DNA of 64,000 bases from Gemmatimonadota bacterium (GTDB lineage Bacteria > Gemmatimonadota > Gemmatimonadetes > Gemmatimonadales > Gemmatimonadaceae): contig JAZJZK010000013.1 of NCBI GenBank assembly GCA_040389905.1, forward strand, positions 19,651-83,650, read 5' to 3'. The translations under genes and the position numbers were made by a program. The notes under the pieces are model-generated. The model ran no database searches. It had not been told where the DNA came from and saw only the letters and a list, made by a program, of their open reading frames with translations. Position 1 is the stretch's first letter. Each line of letters starts with the position of its first letter. Shown piece by piece: positions 39,701 through 48,197 of this stretch.

Positions 39701-40785
39701 CGCAACTGATCCGTTGCACGTCCACCCGTGGCATGTTCGACGACGTCGTCGAGAGCCACGTGGTCGTGATCGCGCCCGGCGAGCCAGTTGGCGCGGACCG
39801 TGCGCAGTAGCTCTAGCGCATGCACCTCGCTGTTGATCTTGACGCGAACGGGGACAGTCGCGAGGTAAAGGCCGACACAATCGCCTGCTCCGGGCATCCC
39901 GCGTCGCCGCGTCGTTTTCGTTCCTGCGAAGGCGACGTCATCGCTGCCCGCGTGTCTCGCTACGACGATTGCCCACGCGGCAATGAGTAGCGCGTTGAGC
40001 GTGATGTCATCGCTCTCCTGCAAGTGTCGCAACGCCAACGTTGCCTTGCGCGTCAGTGTCGCGGTGACCTTTCCACTGGCTGGATAGGACGTGTGGCGAT
40101 CGACCGGCGTGCACAGCGGCGCCGAAGTCGGGCCGGCCAAACCTTCGAGAACCATCTGCCAGTACAGTCGTGACGGATTTCGGTCGACGGCCTGCGACCA
40201 CACGGCGTAGTCCATGAACGTCGGAGCGCCAAGTCGTGGCCGTGGCACCTCGGAACCTGCGTGCGCAGTGCCGAGATCCCTCAGGACGATCGCGTACGAC
40301 CGTCCGTCCATCAGCACGTGATGGAAGCTCCACACCATCGTGCGTCGCTCTGCTGGCCGCCGTACGAGTGCGACGCGCCACAGAGGAGGCGCGTCGAGCG
40401 CAAAGCCGCGCGCGCGGTCGCGGAAGAGCAGGTCGCCAAAAGCTTTCTCCGCGTCGCCGACCGTGAGCGCCGAGAAATCGACGGTCGTGAAGTCGACGCA
40501 GGGCTCATCATCGATGACGAGACTGGACTCCTCGGCGTCGTCGGTAACGATTCGTGCGCGAAGCATCGGATGTGCGCGCGCGACCTCGGCCCATGCGTCG
40601 CGCAACCGCGCCACGTCGAACTCGTGTGGCAGCTCCGCGAGAACCTGCTGAATATTGATCCCTGAATGCGGAGCGGCGGCATGCTGCAACAGCATGCCGC
40701 CCTGTACTGCCGTCAACGGAATGGTCAGAGCGCTACCATGCTTACACCGCCGCTTCGGCTTCCTCCATGATCGTCGGCTTCGCAA
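36790..40785 (-). CDS. Single-module NRPS (C-A-PCP-TE), predicted glycine-activating; start codon uncertain
   Basis: HHVLMDG; YTSGSTGEPKG, NLYGPTE, YRTGD, QVKIRGFRIELGEVE, PNGK; FFESGGYSL; TE GLCTGG...GQH. Confidence 0.9.
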   Translation of the reverse strand: MRSRRSWRKPKRRCKHGSALTIPLTAVQGGMLLQHAAAPHSGINIQQVLAELPHEFDVARLRDAWAEVARAHPMLRARIVTDDAEESSLVIDDEPCVDFTTVDFSALTVGDAEKAFGDLLFRDRARGFALDAPPLWRVALVRRPAERRTMVWSFHHVLMDGRSYAIVLRDLGTAHAGSEVPRPRLGAPTFMDYAVWSQAVDRNPSRLYWQMVLEGLAGPTSAPLCTPVDRHTSYPASGKVTATLTRKATLALRHLQESDDITLNALLIAAWAIVVARHAGSDDVAFAGTKTTRRRGMPGAGDCVGLYLATVPVRVKINSEVHALELLRTVRANWLAGRDHDHVALDDVVEHATGGRATDQLRSLVQADRQSYEASLRGAHELLADWRFLALERNGYPLTIIGYDDDPLFFKVEYDCSAISERGAQHVLDQIVTVTEAMLDDPTRSVGSLPRMSSAEHEDQLRMSSGGVLEYERDVSVDEHFRRRVAERPDAIAVTCGRVDMTYRELHDRAEGIAEMLASRGVVKGSMIGLQLGRSVDLIASMLAVTRLGASYVPLDRAFPAARISYMTRDAGVSLLVTDGGDTGVAHDIRTCLLTEVPAIESLAQPGQTRFETAGGGSGIAYVLYTSGSTGEPKGVEITRRNLASFLAAMRRELDFTTSDSLVAVTTFSFDISALELFLPLVAGGRVVLAGEEDAADGVRLRALLDDSGATYFQATPVTWQMLLDAGWEGSTALTALCGGETMSRHLMRALRPRVRRLFNLYGPTETTIWSAVHDVVGTEDSVPIGRPIANTRIYVLDDDGRMSPVGVPGEICIAGDGVGVGYRNRDELTARQFVRDPFAADESSRMYRTGDLGSWRADGMLQYRGRADRQVKIRGFRIELGEVETAVASLDDVAGAAVLPVESADGVTAIVAYVLRRGESRRASVLWRARLRQMLPDYMIPSEIIELQHFPLAPNGKVDRSLLATARRADTRVHKAAPPETETQRRLASIWRVLLSRPDAGIDDDFFESGGYSLLAVRLLRDVQTAFGIRLPMNEVYSYPTIRALSERVERASSTPALAKGGAHLVGLSEDRESTPLFVIPAGLAVSADGCRDLARALAGTAAVYGVEYLLDANGFNPLSCEERAAALVRSMRHVQPSGPYALAGLCTGGTVAWEAAHQLTEAGESVSLVCVINAYDPTFRLSRVQAVAGQLLRALNTIVTRRSAAVGLFVRAMGVRLGLVSRPEHVEFFTPGAETENLRVMREFVPRELSVPVMIVAARDTIGRVGERRAFDPRFSWRSHTSGRVDLHTIPGQHLSVLRPGFVELLGSHIAAGLRRDDRRHSAELLPPD

Positions 40786-43330
40786 CCGGACCCACGCCGT
40801 TTTGCGCGGGCATCAGTGCAATCGCGAACGCTTCGTCGAGGGTGCTCACCGGATGGAAGGTGAGCTGGTTGCGCACCTCTTCCGGAATGTCCTCCATATC
40901 CGCCTCGTTGTCCTTCGGAAGAATGATGGTCGTGATGCCGGCGCGATGTGCGCCAAGCACCTTTTCTTTCAATCCGCCGATGGGCAATACGCGGCCTCGC
41001 AGCGTCGACTCGCCCGTCATTGCCACTTCGCGCCGCACCGGCCGGCCAGACATCGCACTCACGAGCGCCGTCGAAATGGCGACACCGGCACTCGGGCCGT
41101 CCTTCGGAATCGCGCCGGCCGGCACATGTACGTGCACTTCGATCGAGCCGAGACGATCCTCGGGAATCTTGAGCGCAGATGCATGCGTTGCCGCATAGGT
41201 CAGCGCGGCGCGGGCACTCTCCTTCATGACGTCGCCCAGCTGACCGGTCAGGATGAGTGAGACATTGCCCCAGCCGCTCACCTGAACCTTCTGGTCATCG
41301 GCCGATGCATCCGAAGACCGCTGCGCACCGTGCAGGCGCCGAATCGCCGCTTCGACGAACATGATGTCCCCGCCCATCGGCGTGTAGTACATGCCTGCGG
41401 CCACCCCGATCTCATTCTCCTCGTTCGCCTGCTCGGGATGCACGCGCGGTCTGCCCAGCAATTCGCGCACGTCCTCCGGAGAGATCGTCAGGTCGTCCGT
41501 ACCACCGGAGGCCAACTTGCGCGCAACCTTGCGAGCCACCGCACCGATCTGGCGCTCGAGATTCCGCACACCGCTCTCGCGCGTGTACTTGCTCACGATC
41601 GTCATCACCGCGTCGTCGGTGAACGTGACTTTCTTGCTCTTGAGTCCCGAGTCCTCGATCTGGCGCGGAATCAGGTACTTCTTCGCGATCTCCGCTTTCT
41701 CACGCTCGGTGTAGCCGGCGAATTCCACCGCTTCCATACGATCGAAGAGCGGACCCGGAATGTTCTGGACGAAATTCGCCGTCGCAATGAAGAGCACTTC
41801 GCTCAGATCGAAGGGGACGCCGAGATAGTGATCGGTGAACGTATCGTTCTGGGCGGGATCGAGCACTTCGAGCAGTGCACTCGCTGGATCGCCCTGGAAG
41901 CCCTGACCGAGCTTGTCGACTTCGTCGAGCAGGAAGACGGGATTGCGCGTCTTCGCCTGCTTGAGCCCCTGAATGATGCGACCAGGCATTGCCCCGACGT
42001 ACGTGCGACGGTGCCCGCGAATGTCCGCCTCATCGCGCACGCCGCCCAACGAGACGCGAACATATTCGCGGCCCAGTGAACGGGCGATCGACTTCGCGAT
42101 CGACGTCTTGCCGACACCCGGCGGACCGGAGAACAGCAGAATCGGACCCTTCGCCATCGCACGCGCCTTGGCTTCCTTCGTATCAGTCACCGCCCGATGC
42201 TCGTCCGTCGTCGTGAGACTCGGCGTCGCATCGGCGCGGTCGATGTTGAAGGCTGCGACAGGAATCTCCCCGACCTGCTCCACCTCATCCGCCATTTCCT
42301 GGGCGCGAAGCTGGCGCACCGCGAGAAATTCCAACACGCGGTCCTTCACGTCCGGCAGGCCATAGTGGTCTTCCTCGAGCACCTGTTCTGCACGAGCAAG
42401 ATCCAGGTTGTCGTCAGACCGCTTGTTCCACGGCAGTTCCGCGATCCACTCGAGATAGGTGCGGATCACCTGGGCTTCCATCGACTCGCGCCCCGAACGT
42501 TCGAGGCGTCCCAGCTCGCGCTCGACCTCCGTCTTGGCAGTTGGGGGCAGTTCGAGCTTCTCGAGCTTTTCCCGCAGGTCGGAGATCTCCTTGCTCTGGT
42601 CGTCGTCGCCGAGCTCCTTCTGGATGGCCTTCATTTGCTCGCGGAGGTACATCTCGCGCTGGCGCTCGCCGAGTTCCTCCTGCACCTGTGACTTGATCTC
42701 TTCCTGCATCTCGATCATGCCGATCTGGCGCTGGACGTGCACGAGCACGCGGCGCAGCCGGTCTTCGACGGAGAGGTTCTCGAGGAGTCCCTGCCGTTCG
42801 GCAACCGGAAGCTCGATGTAGCCCGCCACGAGGTCCGCGAAGCGGCCGGAGTCGCTGACCGCGTCGAGCACCTGGTGCACGACTTCCTCAGGGAGGCCTC
42901 GGCGCTCGCCCAATTCGGCGGCGCGTTCGCGGATTTCTTTATACAGGGCGACGAATGCCGGGTCGTTTTCGTCGAGCGGCTTCATTTCGTCCAGGGGAGA
43001 GACGACCGCGCTCAAATAGTTGTCCGCCGGATTCGTAGCGTACTGAAGCGCCGTGGCGCGCTGTTCTCCTTGTAACAAAAGTTGCACGCCGCCCAGACCG
43101 CGCTGGATCTGCCCGATGCGGGCGATCACGCCCATGGAATACAGGATTTCGGGCGTCGGTTCGTCGGTATTGTCGCGCTGCGCAACGGCAAACACGAGCC
43201 GGTCGCCCTTGAGGGCCGCCTCGATGGCGCGAAGCGTACCTGGCCTCCCCGCGGCAATGGGGGCAGTGAGCCCGGGGAAAATGACCGTCCCCCGGAGGGG
43301 GAGAACGGGAAGCGTCTGGCGCTGACCCAT
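40742..43330 (-). CDS. lon: Endopeptidase La
   Basis: LPVLPLR, GPPGVGKT, GHRRTYVGAMPG, LLDEVDK, PKDGPSAG, IGGLKEK. Confidence 0.97.
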   Translation of the reverse strand: MGQRQTLPVLPLRGTVIFPGLTAPIAAGRPGTLRAIEAALKGDRLVFAVAQRDNTDEPTPEILYSMGVIARIGQIQRGLGGVQLLLQGEQRATALQYATNPADNYLSAVVSPLDEMKPLDENDPAFVALYKEIRERAAELGERRGLPEEVVHQVLDAVSDSGRFADLVAGYIELPVAERQGLLENLSVEDRLRRVLVHVQRQIGMIEMQEEIKSQVQEELGERQREMYLREQMKAIQKELGDDDQSKEISDLREKLEKLELPPTAKTEVERELGRLERSGRESMEAQVIRTYLEWIAELPWNKRSDDNLDLARAEQVLEEDHYGLPDVKDRVLEFLAVRQLRAQEMADEVEQVGEIPVAAFNIDRADATPSLTTTDEHRAVTDTKEAKARAMAKGPILLFSGPPGVGKTSIAKSIARSLGREYVRVSLGGVRDEADIRGHRRTYVGAMPGRIIQGLKQAKTRNPVFLLDEVDKLGQGFQGDPASALLEVLDPAQNDTFTDHYLGVPFDLSEVLFIATANFVQNIPGPLFDRMEAVEFAGYTEREKAEIAKKYLIPRQIEDSGLKSKKVTFTDDAVMTIVSKYTRESGVRNLERQIGAVARKVARKLASGGTDDLTISPEDVRELLGRPRVHPEQANEENEIGVAAGMYYTPMGGDIMFVEAAIRRLHGAQRSSDASADDQKVQVSGWGNVSLILTGQLGDVMKESARAALTYAATHASALKIPEDRLGSIEVHVHVPAGAIPKDGPSAGVAISTALVSAMSGRPVRREVAMTGESTLRGRVLPIGGLKEKVLGAHRAGITTIILPKDNEADMEDIPEEVRNQLTFHPVSTLDEAFAIALMPAQNGVGPVAKPTIMEEAEAAV

Positions 43331-43535
43331 GTTCGTTCCTGGTGGTAAAGGTGCGGCAGACTGGCGGGACTTCAGGAAACGGCGCCGCCAGAGCCAAGGG
43401 CGACCGTAAGCGCACAGTCCATTCCAACTCGGGTACGACAGCACGGCAGTATGTGACACTAAATGCAGCCATCGTGACGTAGTGTACCTGCCGCCATGGC
43501 GGTTGTCCTTTCCGTTGTCTGTTCGCTGTGCTACA

Positions 43536-45596
43536 ATGTCCCCTGCCAGCCTCACCCTGCCGACCCGTCGTCGCTTGCCCGACCCGCTCGCCACAGCCGC
43601 GGATGATGAGTTGCGCGCACACGTACAGCGCGCGCTCACCGACCATTACGAGCTCGACTGCGAGATCGGACGGGGCGGTATGGGCATTGTGTACCTTGCC
43701 AAGGATCTCCAGCTCAAGCGGCAGGTCGCCATCAAGGTGTTGCCGCCCGAGCTCGCGTTCCGCAGCGAGATCAAGATGCGTTTCCGGCGTGAGGCGGAAA
43801 CCGCCGCGCAGCTCGGACATCCGAACATCGTCCCCATCTACTCAGTCGGCGATCAGGGTGGGCTCGTCTACTTCGTCATGGGCTACGTCAACGGCGACAA
43901 CCTCGCCAAACGTCTCCATGAACGCGGCGTCCTGACGCACGAAGAGACGCGCAGGATTCTCCGGGACGTCGGCGACGCACTCGCCTATGCGCACGACCGT
44001 GGAGTCGTGCACCGCGACATCAAGCCGGACAACATCCTGCTCGATGCCACGACGGGCCGCCCGATGGTCACGGATTTCGGTATCGCGCGCGCGATGGACT
44101 CGAGTGGCGACAGCCGGCTGACGGCCACCGGCATGGCGATCGGGACGCCCGCGTATATGTCGCCGGAACAGGCGGCGGGCGACCGCGAGATCGACGGGCG
44201 GAGCGACCTGTACTCCCTCGGCATTCTCGGTTACCAGATGCTGACCGGCGAGCCGCCGTTCACCGCAGGCAGCACTCCTGCAATGTTGGTGAAGCACATC
44301 TCCGAGCGTCCGATTCCGGTGCAGCAGCGTCGCAGCGACGTGCCCGCGGATCTCGCGGCCTCCGTGATGATGTTGCTCGAGAAGGAGCCGGCGAACCGGT
44401 ATTCGTCGGCCGCGATGCTCGTGAAGGCGCTGGACTCGCGGACGCAGCCAGTGATGCGGCAGTCGACTGCGTCGCCCGTTCCGCCACCGCTCTCCGAGCG
44501 GCCTGGGACACCGCCAAATCTCTACGGCTCGCCTTCGTCGGGGTACCCGTCCGAGAGTTATGCGTACGCGCCCGTTTCGTACGGCACGCCCGACCGGCAG
44601 ATGCCGGGCCAACACTATGTGCCGACCGGCGCTGACCTGCAGCGGTGGGAAGCGCCGCCCGTCGTTGCGTTCAGGCGCAAGATTGCGCCCTACCTGTTCG
44701 TCAACGGCGTGATCGTGATGTTCTCGGTGTTTGGTAGCCGAGACTTCCTGTCGTTCACGGTGCTCTGGAGCATTTACATCGCGTTCAAGTACGCGAAGCT
44801 CTGGAGCGAGGGATTCGATTGGCGCGACGTCTTCAAGCAACCGCGTGACCGCGAGGTCATGGAGGTCATCGAAGACATTGGCGAGCACTGTCGCGCCCTC
44901 TTCGACCCGAACGCGCGCGCGCGCTTGCGAGCCAATCGCGAGCAACGAAAGATGATTGCGCGCATGTCGCCGCCCGTTGTCGGCGGTGGAGTTGGAGGAG
45001 GAGCGTCGTCGTTCTCCGCGGCACAGGCTCTCGATGGACCGTCTGCTGACCGCGTGCGGCAGGCGTTCGCCAATCGCGATGAGATCTTCCGCCGCATGGA
45101 ATCACTCGGCAAGCAGCTGCCGAGTTCGCAGCGTGAGGAGATTTCCCGGTCGGCGATGGCGTTGGCAGACAAGGTGCAGTCGTTGGCACTGGCGCTCGAT
45201 GAGAGTTCGCGCATGGATGTCACCGGAATGCGCGCGCAGCTCGAGCGTGAGATCACGACGCTGGAAAATGCGGCAAATCCGCTGGAACGGGGCAGCGAAG
45301 ATCGCGTGCGGCGTTTGGCGTATCTGAAGCGGCAGCGGCGGTCGCTGGTCGACACCGAGCAGCGGAGCACGTCACTCGAGTCGAAGCTCGAGACCTGCGC
45401 GCTCGCACTCCAGAACATGCGCTTCGATCTCATGCGGCTGGGCGCAAGTCCGCAGATGCATCAGCACATCACGGGACTTGCCCATCAGGCGATGAGTCTC
45501 GCCGACAATGTGGACGAAGCCATCTTCGTCGCTGATGAGATGGGTCGCCTTGGTGGCCGGCCTAGTTCCGGCGGACGCCGGTCGGACCGAGGGTGA
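43536..45596 (+). CDS. Hanks-type Ser/Thr kinase with 2-TM segment and C-terminal coiled-coil domain
   Basis: IGRGGMGIVY, VAIK, HRDIKPDN, DFG, GTPAYMSPE. Exact start uncertain. Confidence 0.92.
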   Translation: MSPASLTLPTRRRLPDPLATAADDELRAHVQRALTDHYELDCEIGRGGMGIVYLAKDLQLKRQVAIKVLPPELAFRSEIKMRFRREAETAAQLGHPNIVPIYSVGDQGGLVYFVMGYVNGDNLAKRLHERGVLTHEETRRILRDVGDALAYAHDRGVVHRDIKPDNILLDATTGRPMVTDFGIARAMDSSGDSRLTATGMAIGTPAYMSPEQAAGDREIDGRSDLYSLGILGYQMLTGEPPFTAGSTPAMLVKHISERPIPVQQRRSDVPADLAASVMMLLEKEPANRYSSAAMLVKALDSRTQPVMRQSTASPVPPPLSERPGTPPNLYGSPSSGYPSESYAYAPVSYGTPDRQMPGQHYVPTGADLQRWEAPPVVAFRRKIAPYLFVNGVIVMFSVFGSRDFLSFTVLWSIYIAFKYAKLWSEGFDWRDVFKQPRDREVMEVIEDIGEHCRALFDPNARARLRANREQRKMIARMSPPVVGGGVGGGASSFSAAQALDGPSADRVRQAFANRDEIFRRMESLGKQLPSSQREEISRSAMALADKVQSLALALDESSRMDVTGMRAQLEREITTLENAANPLERGSEDRVRRLAYLKRQRRSLVDTEQRSTSLESKLETCALALQNMRFDLMRLGASPQMHQHITGLAHQAMSLADNVDEAIFVADEMGRLGGRPSSGGRRSDRG

Positions 45597-47590
45597 CCGA
45601 CTACCTGCTCGACCGGCTCGTCGCCGCGGTCGGGACGCAGTATCTGGTGGACGCCGAGATCGGGCGCGGCGGAATGGCCGTCGTCTATCGCGCCACCGAC
45701 CTGCGCCTCCACCGTCGCGTCGCGATCAAGGTGCTCCCACCGGAGCTCGCGTTCAACGCCGATGTCCGCGAACGATTTCTTCGCGAGGCGCAGACGTCTG
45801 CGCAGCTTGCGCACCCGAGCATCGTTCCGATCTACACGGTGGATGAGCGGGAAGGGATCGTCTACTTCGTCATGGCGCTGGTGGATGGGGAGAGTCTCGC
45901 CCAGCGTCTCGCCCGCGAGCCACGCCTCCCGATTGCCGAAGCGCGCCGCATTCTCTCGGGCGTCGCCGATGCGCTCGGCTATGCGCATTCGATGGGTGTC
46001 GTCCATCGGGACGTGAAGCCGGACAACATCATGCTCGACCGTGCGAGCGGGCGTCCGATGGTGACCGACTTCGGTATTGCGCGCGCTGCGCAGGGGGATA
46101 CCCGCCTCACCGTCACGGGCGTCGCGATTGGCACGCCCGCATACATGTCGCCGGAGCAGGCGCTCGGCGAGCGAGAGCTCGATGGACGCAGCGACGTGTA
46201 TTCGCTTGCCGTGATTGGCTATCAGTTGCTCGCAGGTGAGACGCCATTCAAGGCGTCGAACACACCCGCGATGCTCGTGAAGCACGTGTCGGAAACGCCG
46301 CGCCCACTCGCGATGTTGCGGCCGGATGTTCCGTCTGGCCTCGCGCAATCGATTCTTCGCGCATTGGCGAAGAAACCAGAGGACCGCTGGCCCGACGCCA
46401 ATGCATTTCGAGATGCGTTGCTCGATACACGTGAGGCAGTGCGACCATCACAAGAGTGGACACCGGCGAAGCCGGTGCCGGCGCCGCCTCTTTCGAGCCA
46501 TACGCACGACAGTCGCCACCGCTACGACGATCCGGCCAGCGTGCCGTATCCGGCAAGCGTGCCGTATATGGGGCCGCAGCGTCCACCTGTACCGACGTGG
46601 CAGCCGCACCTGTTGCCGCCCCCGATGCCCGCCATGCCGCCGATGCCCCCGGTACCGGTGTGGGGCAGCAAGGCGGATTGGCGCGAATGGAAGCGTTCGA
46701 AGCGACGCTGGGATCAGGAGCAGCGCCAGCGCTATCGTGCGATGCGCCACGGCGACGACCACGACTATCCGGGTTTGACGCTGGATGAGCGGCTGGTTCG
46801 CTTTCGCCGGAACGCCATAGGAAGTTTCGCGACCGTTGCGTCCCTTGGCGCGGTCAATCTGCTCACGTCGCACTATCCGTGGTTCCTCTTTCCGAGCGCG
46901 TTTATCCTGATCGGGGTGGTATCTCGTGCCGGTAAGCTCTGGGCCGATGGGATCCCGGTTGCTCGCCTCTTCCGGCGTGGAGATCCCGGCGTGGAGCGCG
47001 CGGAGATGGCGAGCATGCCGCGCATGTCGATCTCCGAGGCGGCGCAGCGCCTGGCGCCGTCCGACGTGCTCGATGGTCCGTATGGCGAGGTGGTTCGCCG
47101 GGCGGCGAGCGATCATGTGGCCGTGCGCGAGACGCTGCAGCGACTACCGAAGACGGAGAGCGACATGATTCCCGACGTGGCGCCGACAGTTGATGCGCTC
47201 GCGGAGCGCGTCGGCGCGTTGGCAACGACGCTGCATCGTCTGGATGCCGATGTTGGTGGCGCGTCTTTGACGTCGCTCGATGCGCGTCTCGCCGCGTTAC
47301 GCAACGAGATGCGGAACGGTCCAACATCCGAACAGGAGCGACGCGTCGCGCTCCTGGAGCGCCAACGCGTGTCGATCAGTGAGTTGACAAGCCGAAGGGC
47401 CGGCCTGTCGTCGCAGCTCGAGAGCGCCGGCCTGGCGCTTCAGAATCTCCGGCTCGACCTGTTGAAGCTGCGTTCGTCGGGGTTGGAAAGCGCGATGTCG
47501 GACGTCTCGAGTGCGACGCAGGAGGCGCGCGCACTTTCGCGAGAGATTGGGAACGCGGTGGACGCCGTGCGCGAAGTGCGTCGGCTCTAA
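45593..47590 (+). CDS. Hanks-type Ser/Thr kinase, paralogue of the upstream gene
   Basis: IGRGGMAVVY, HRDVKPDN, DFG; GTGA overlap with the upstream stop. Confidence 0.92.
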   Translation: MTDYLLDRLVAAVGTQYLVDAEIGRGGMAVVYRATDLRLHRRVAIKVLPPELAFNADVRERFLREAQTSAQLAHPSIVPIYTVDEREGIVYFVMALVDGESLAQRLAREPRLPIAEARRILSGVADALGYAHSMGVVHRDVKPDNIMLDRASGRPMVTDFGIARAAQGDTRLTVTGVAIGTPAYMSPEQALGERELDGRSDVYSLAVIGYQLLAGETPFKASNTPAMLVKHVSETPRPLAMLRPDVPSGLAQSILRALAKKPEDRWPDANAFRDALLDTREAVRPSQEWTPAKPVPAPPLSSHTHDSRHRYDDPASVPYPASVPYMGPQRPPVPTWQPHLLPPPMPAMPPMPPVPVWGSKADWREWKRSKRRWDQEQRQRYRAMRHGDDHDYPGLTLDERLVRFRRNAIGSFATVASLGAVNLLTSHYPWFLFPSAFILIGVVSRAGKLWADGIPVARLFRRGDPGVERAEMASMPRMSISEAAQRLAPSDVLDGPYGEVVRRAASDHVAVRETLQRLPKTESDMIPDVAPTVDALAERVGALATTLHRLDADVGGASLTSLDARLAALRNEMRNGPTSEQERRVALLERQRVSISELTSRRAGLSSQLESAGLALQNLRLDLLKLRSSGLESAMSDVSSATQEARALSREIGNAVDAVREVRRL

Positions 47591-48184
47591 GGTCTGCACC
47601 TTCCGCTGTTCGCCGCGGCTGGCGCAAGCAAACCCGTCACCCCGAGCGAGCGGAGCGACCAAATTGTCACCCCGAGCGAGCGGAGCGAGTCGAGGGGTCT
47701 GCACCTTCGGCCACGGCGATTGGAGCCAGATCGTCCCACGCTGGGTTTGTCGACTCTATGAGCGCGATCTTCTTAGCGCGCCGCCAGTTCTTCAGTTGCT
47801 TTTCACGCGCAATTGCAGCCCATACGTCGGAGGTACATTCGACGTACACGAGCCTGGTACAGTCGTACCTCGTCGTGAATGCGACCATGCCCGCGCGATG
47901 TTCGTAGAGGCGTCGAGTGAGATCGTTGGTCATACCGACGTAAACGGTTCGCGACCGGCTGCTCAACATGTAGATGAAGTACGTGTACATGCGGTGAATG
48001 ATCACGCAGCCGTGTCTCACGTGCGTCATCATTTCAACGCAACCATCATCAGAACAGCGTGAGGTGCAGACCCCTCGACTCGCTCCGCTCGCTCGGGGTG
48101 ACAATGCTCGCGGTGCTCGCCACGACAAACAGCGTGAGGTGCAGACCCATCGACTCGCTGCGCTCGCCCGAGGTGACAACGCTG
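47591..48184. mobile_element. Putative GIY-YIG/REP-like element (nuclease gene between inverted repeat clusters)
   Basis: Perfect 44-bp inverted repeat 47663-47706/48062-48105; extra units at 47591-47610, 47636-47658 and 48137-48179. Confidence 0.6.
47667..47990 (-). CDS. Stand-alone GIY-YIG nuclease (UPF0213-like)
   Basis: YFIYMLSSRSRTVYVGMTNDLTRRLYEH, AIAREKQLKNWRRAKKIALIESTNPAWDDL. Confidence 0.9.
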   Translation of the reverse strand: MYTYFIYMLSSRSRTVYVGMTNDLTRRLYEHRAGMVAFTTRYDCTRLVYVECTSDVWAAIAREKQLKNWRRAKKIALIESTNPAWDDLAPIAVAEGADPSTRSARSG

Positions 48185-48197
48185 CTTGGGTGACTAC

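Noticed and set aside
42160..42310. Intein in the Lon insertion before Walker A
   Set aside because: Only ~45 aa and lacking C/S...HN splice motifs; likely a loop insertion.
48053..48184. CRISPR-like repeat-spacer pattern beside the GIY-YIG gene
   Set aside because: Units are long, divergent, occur in both orientations and are dispersed, which fits REP-like repeats.
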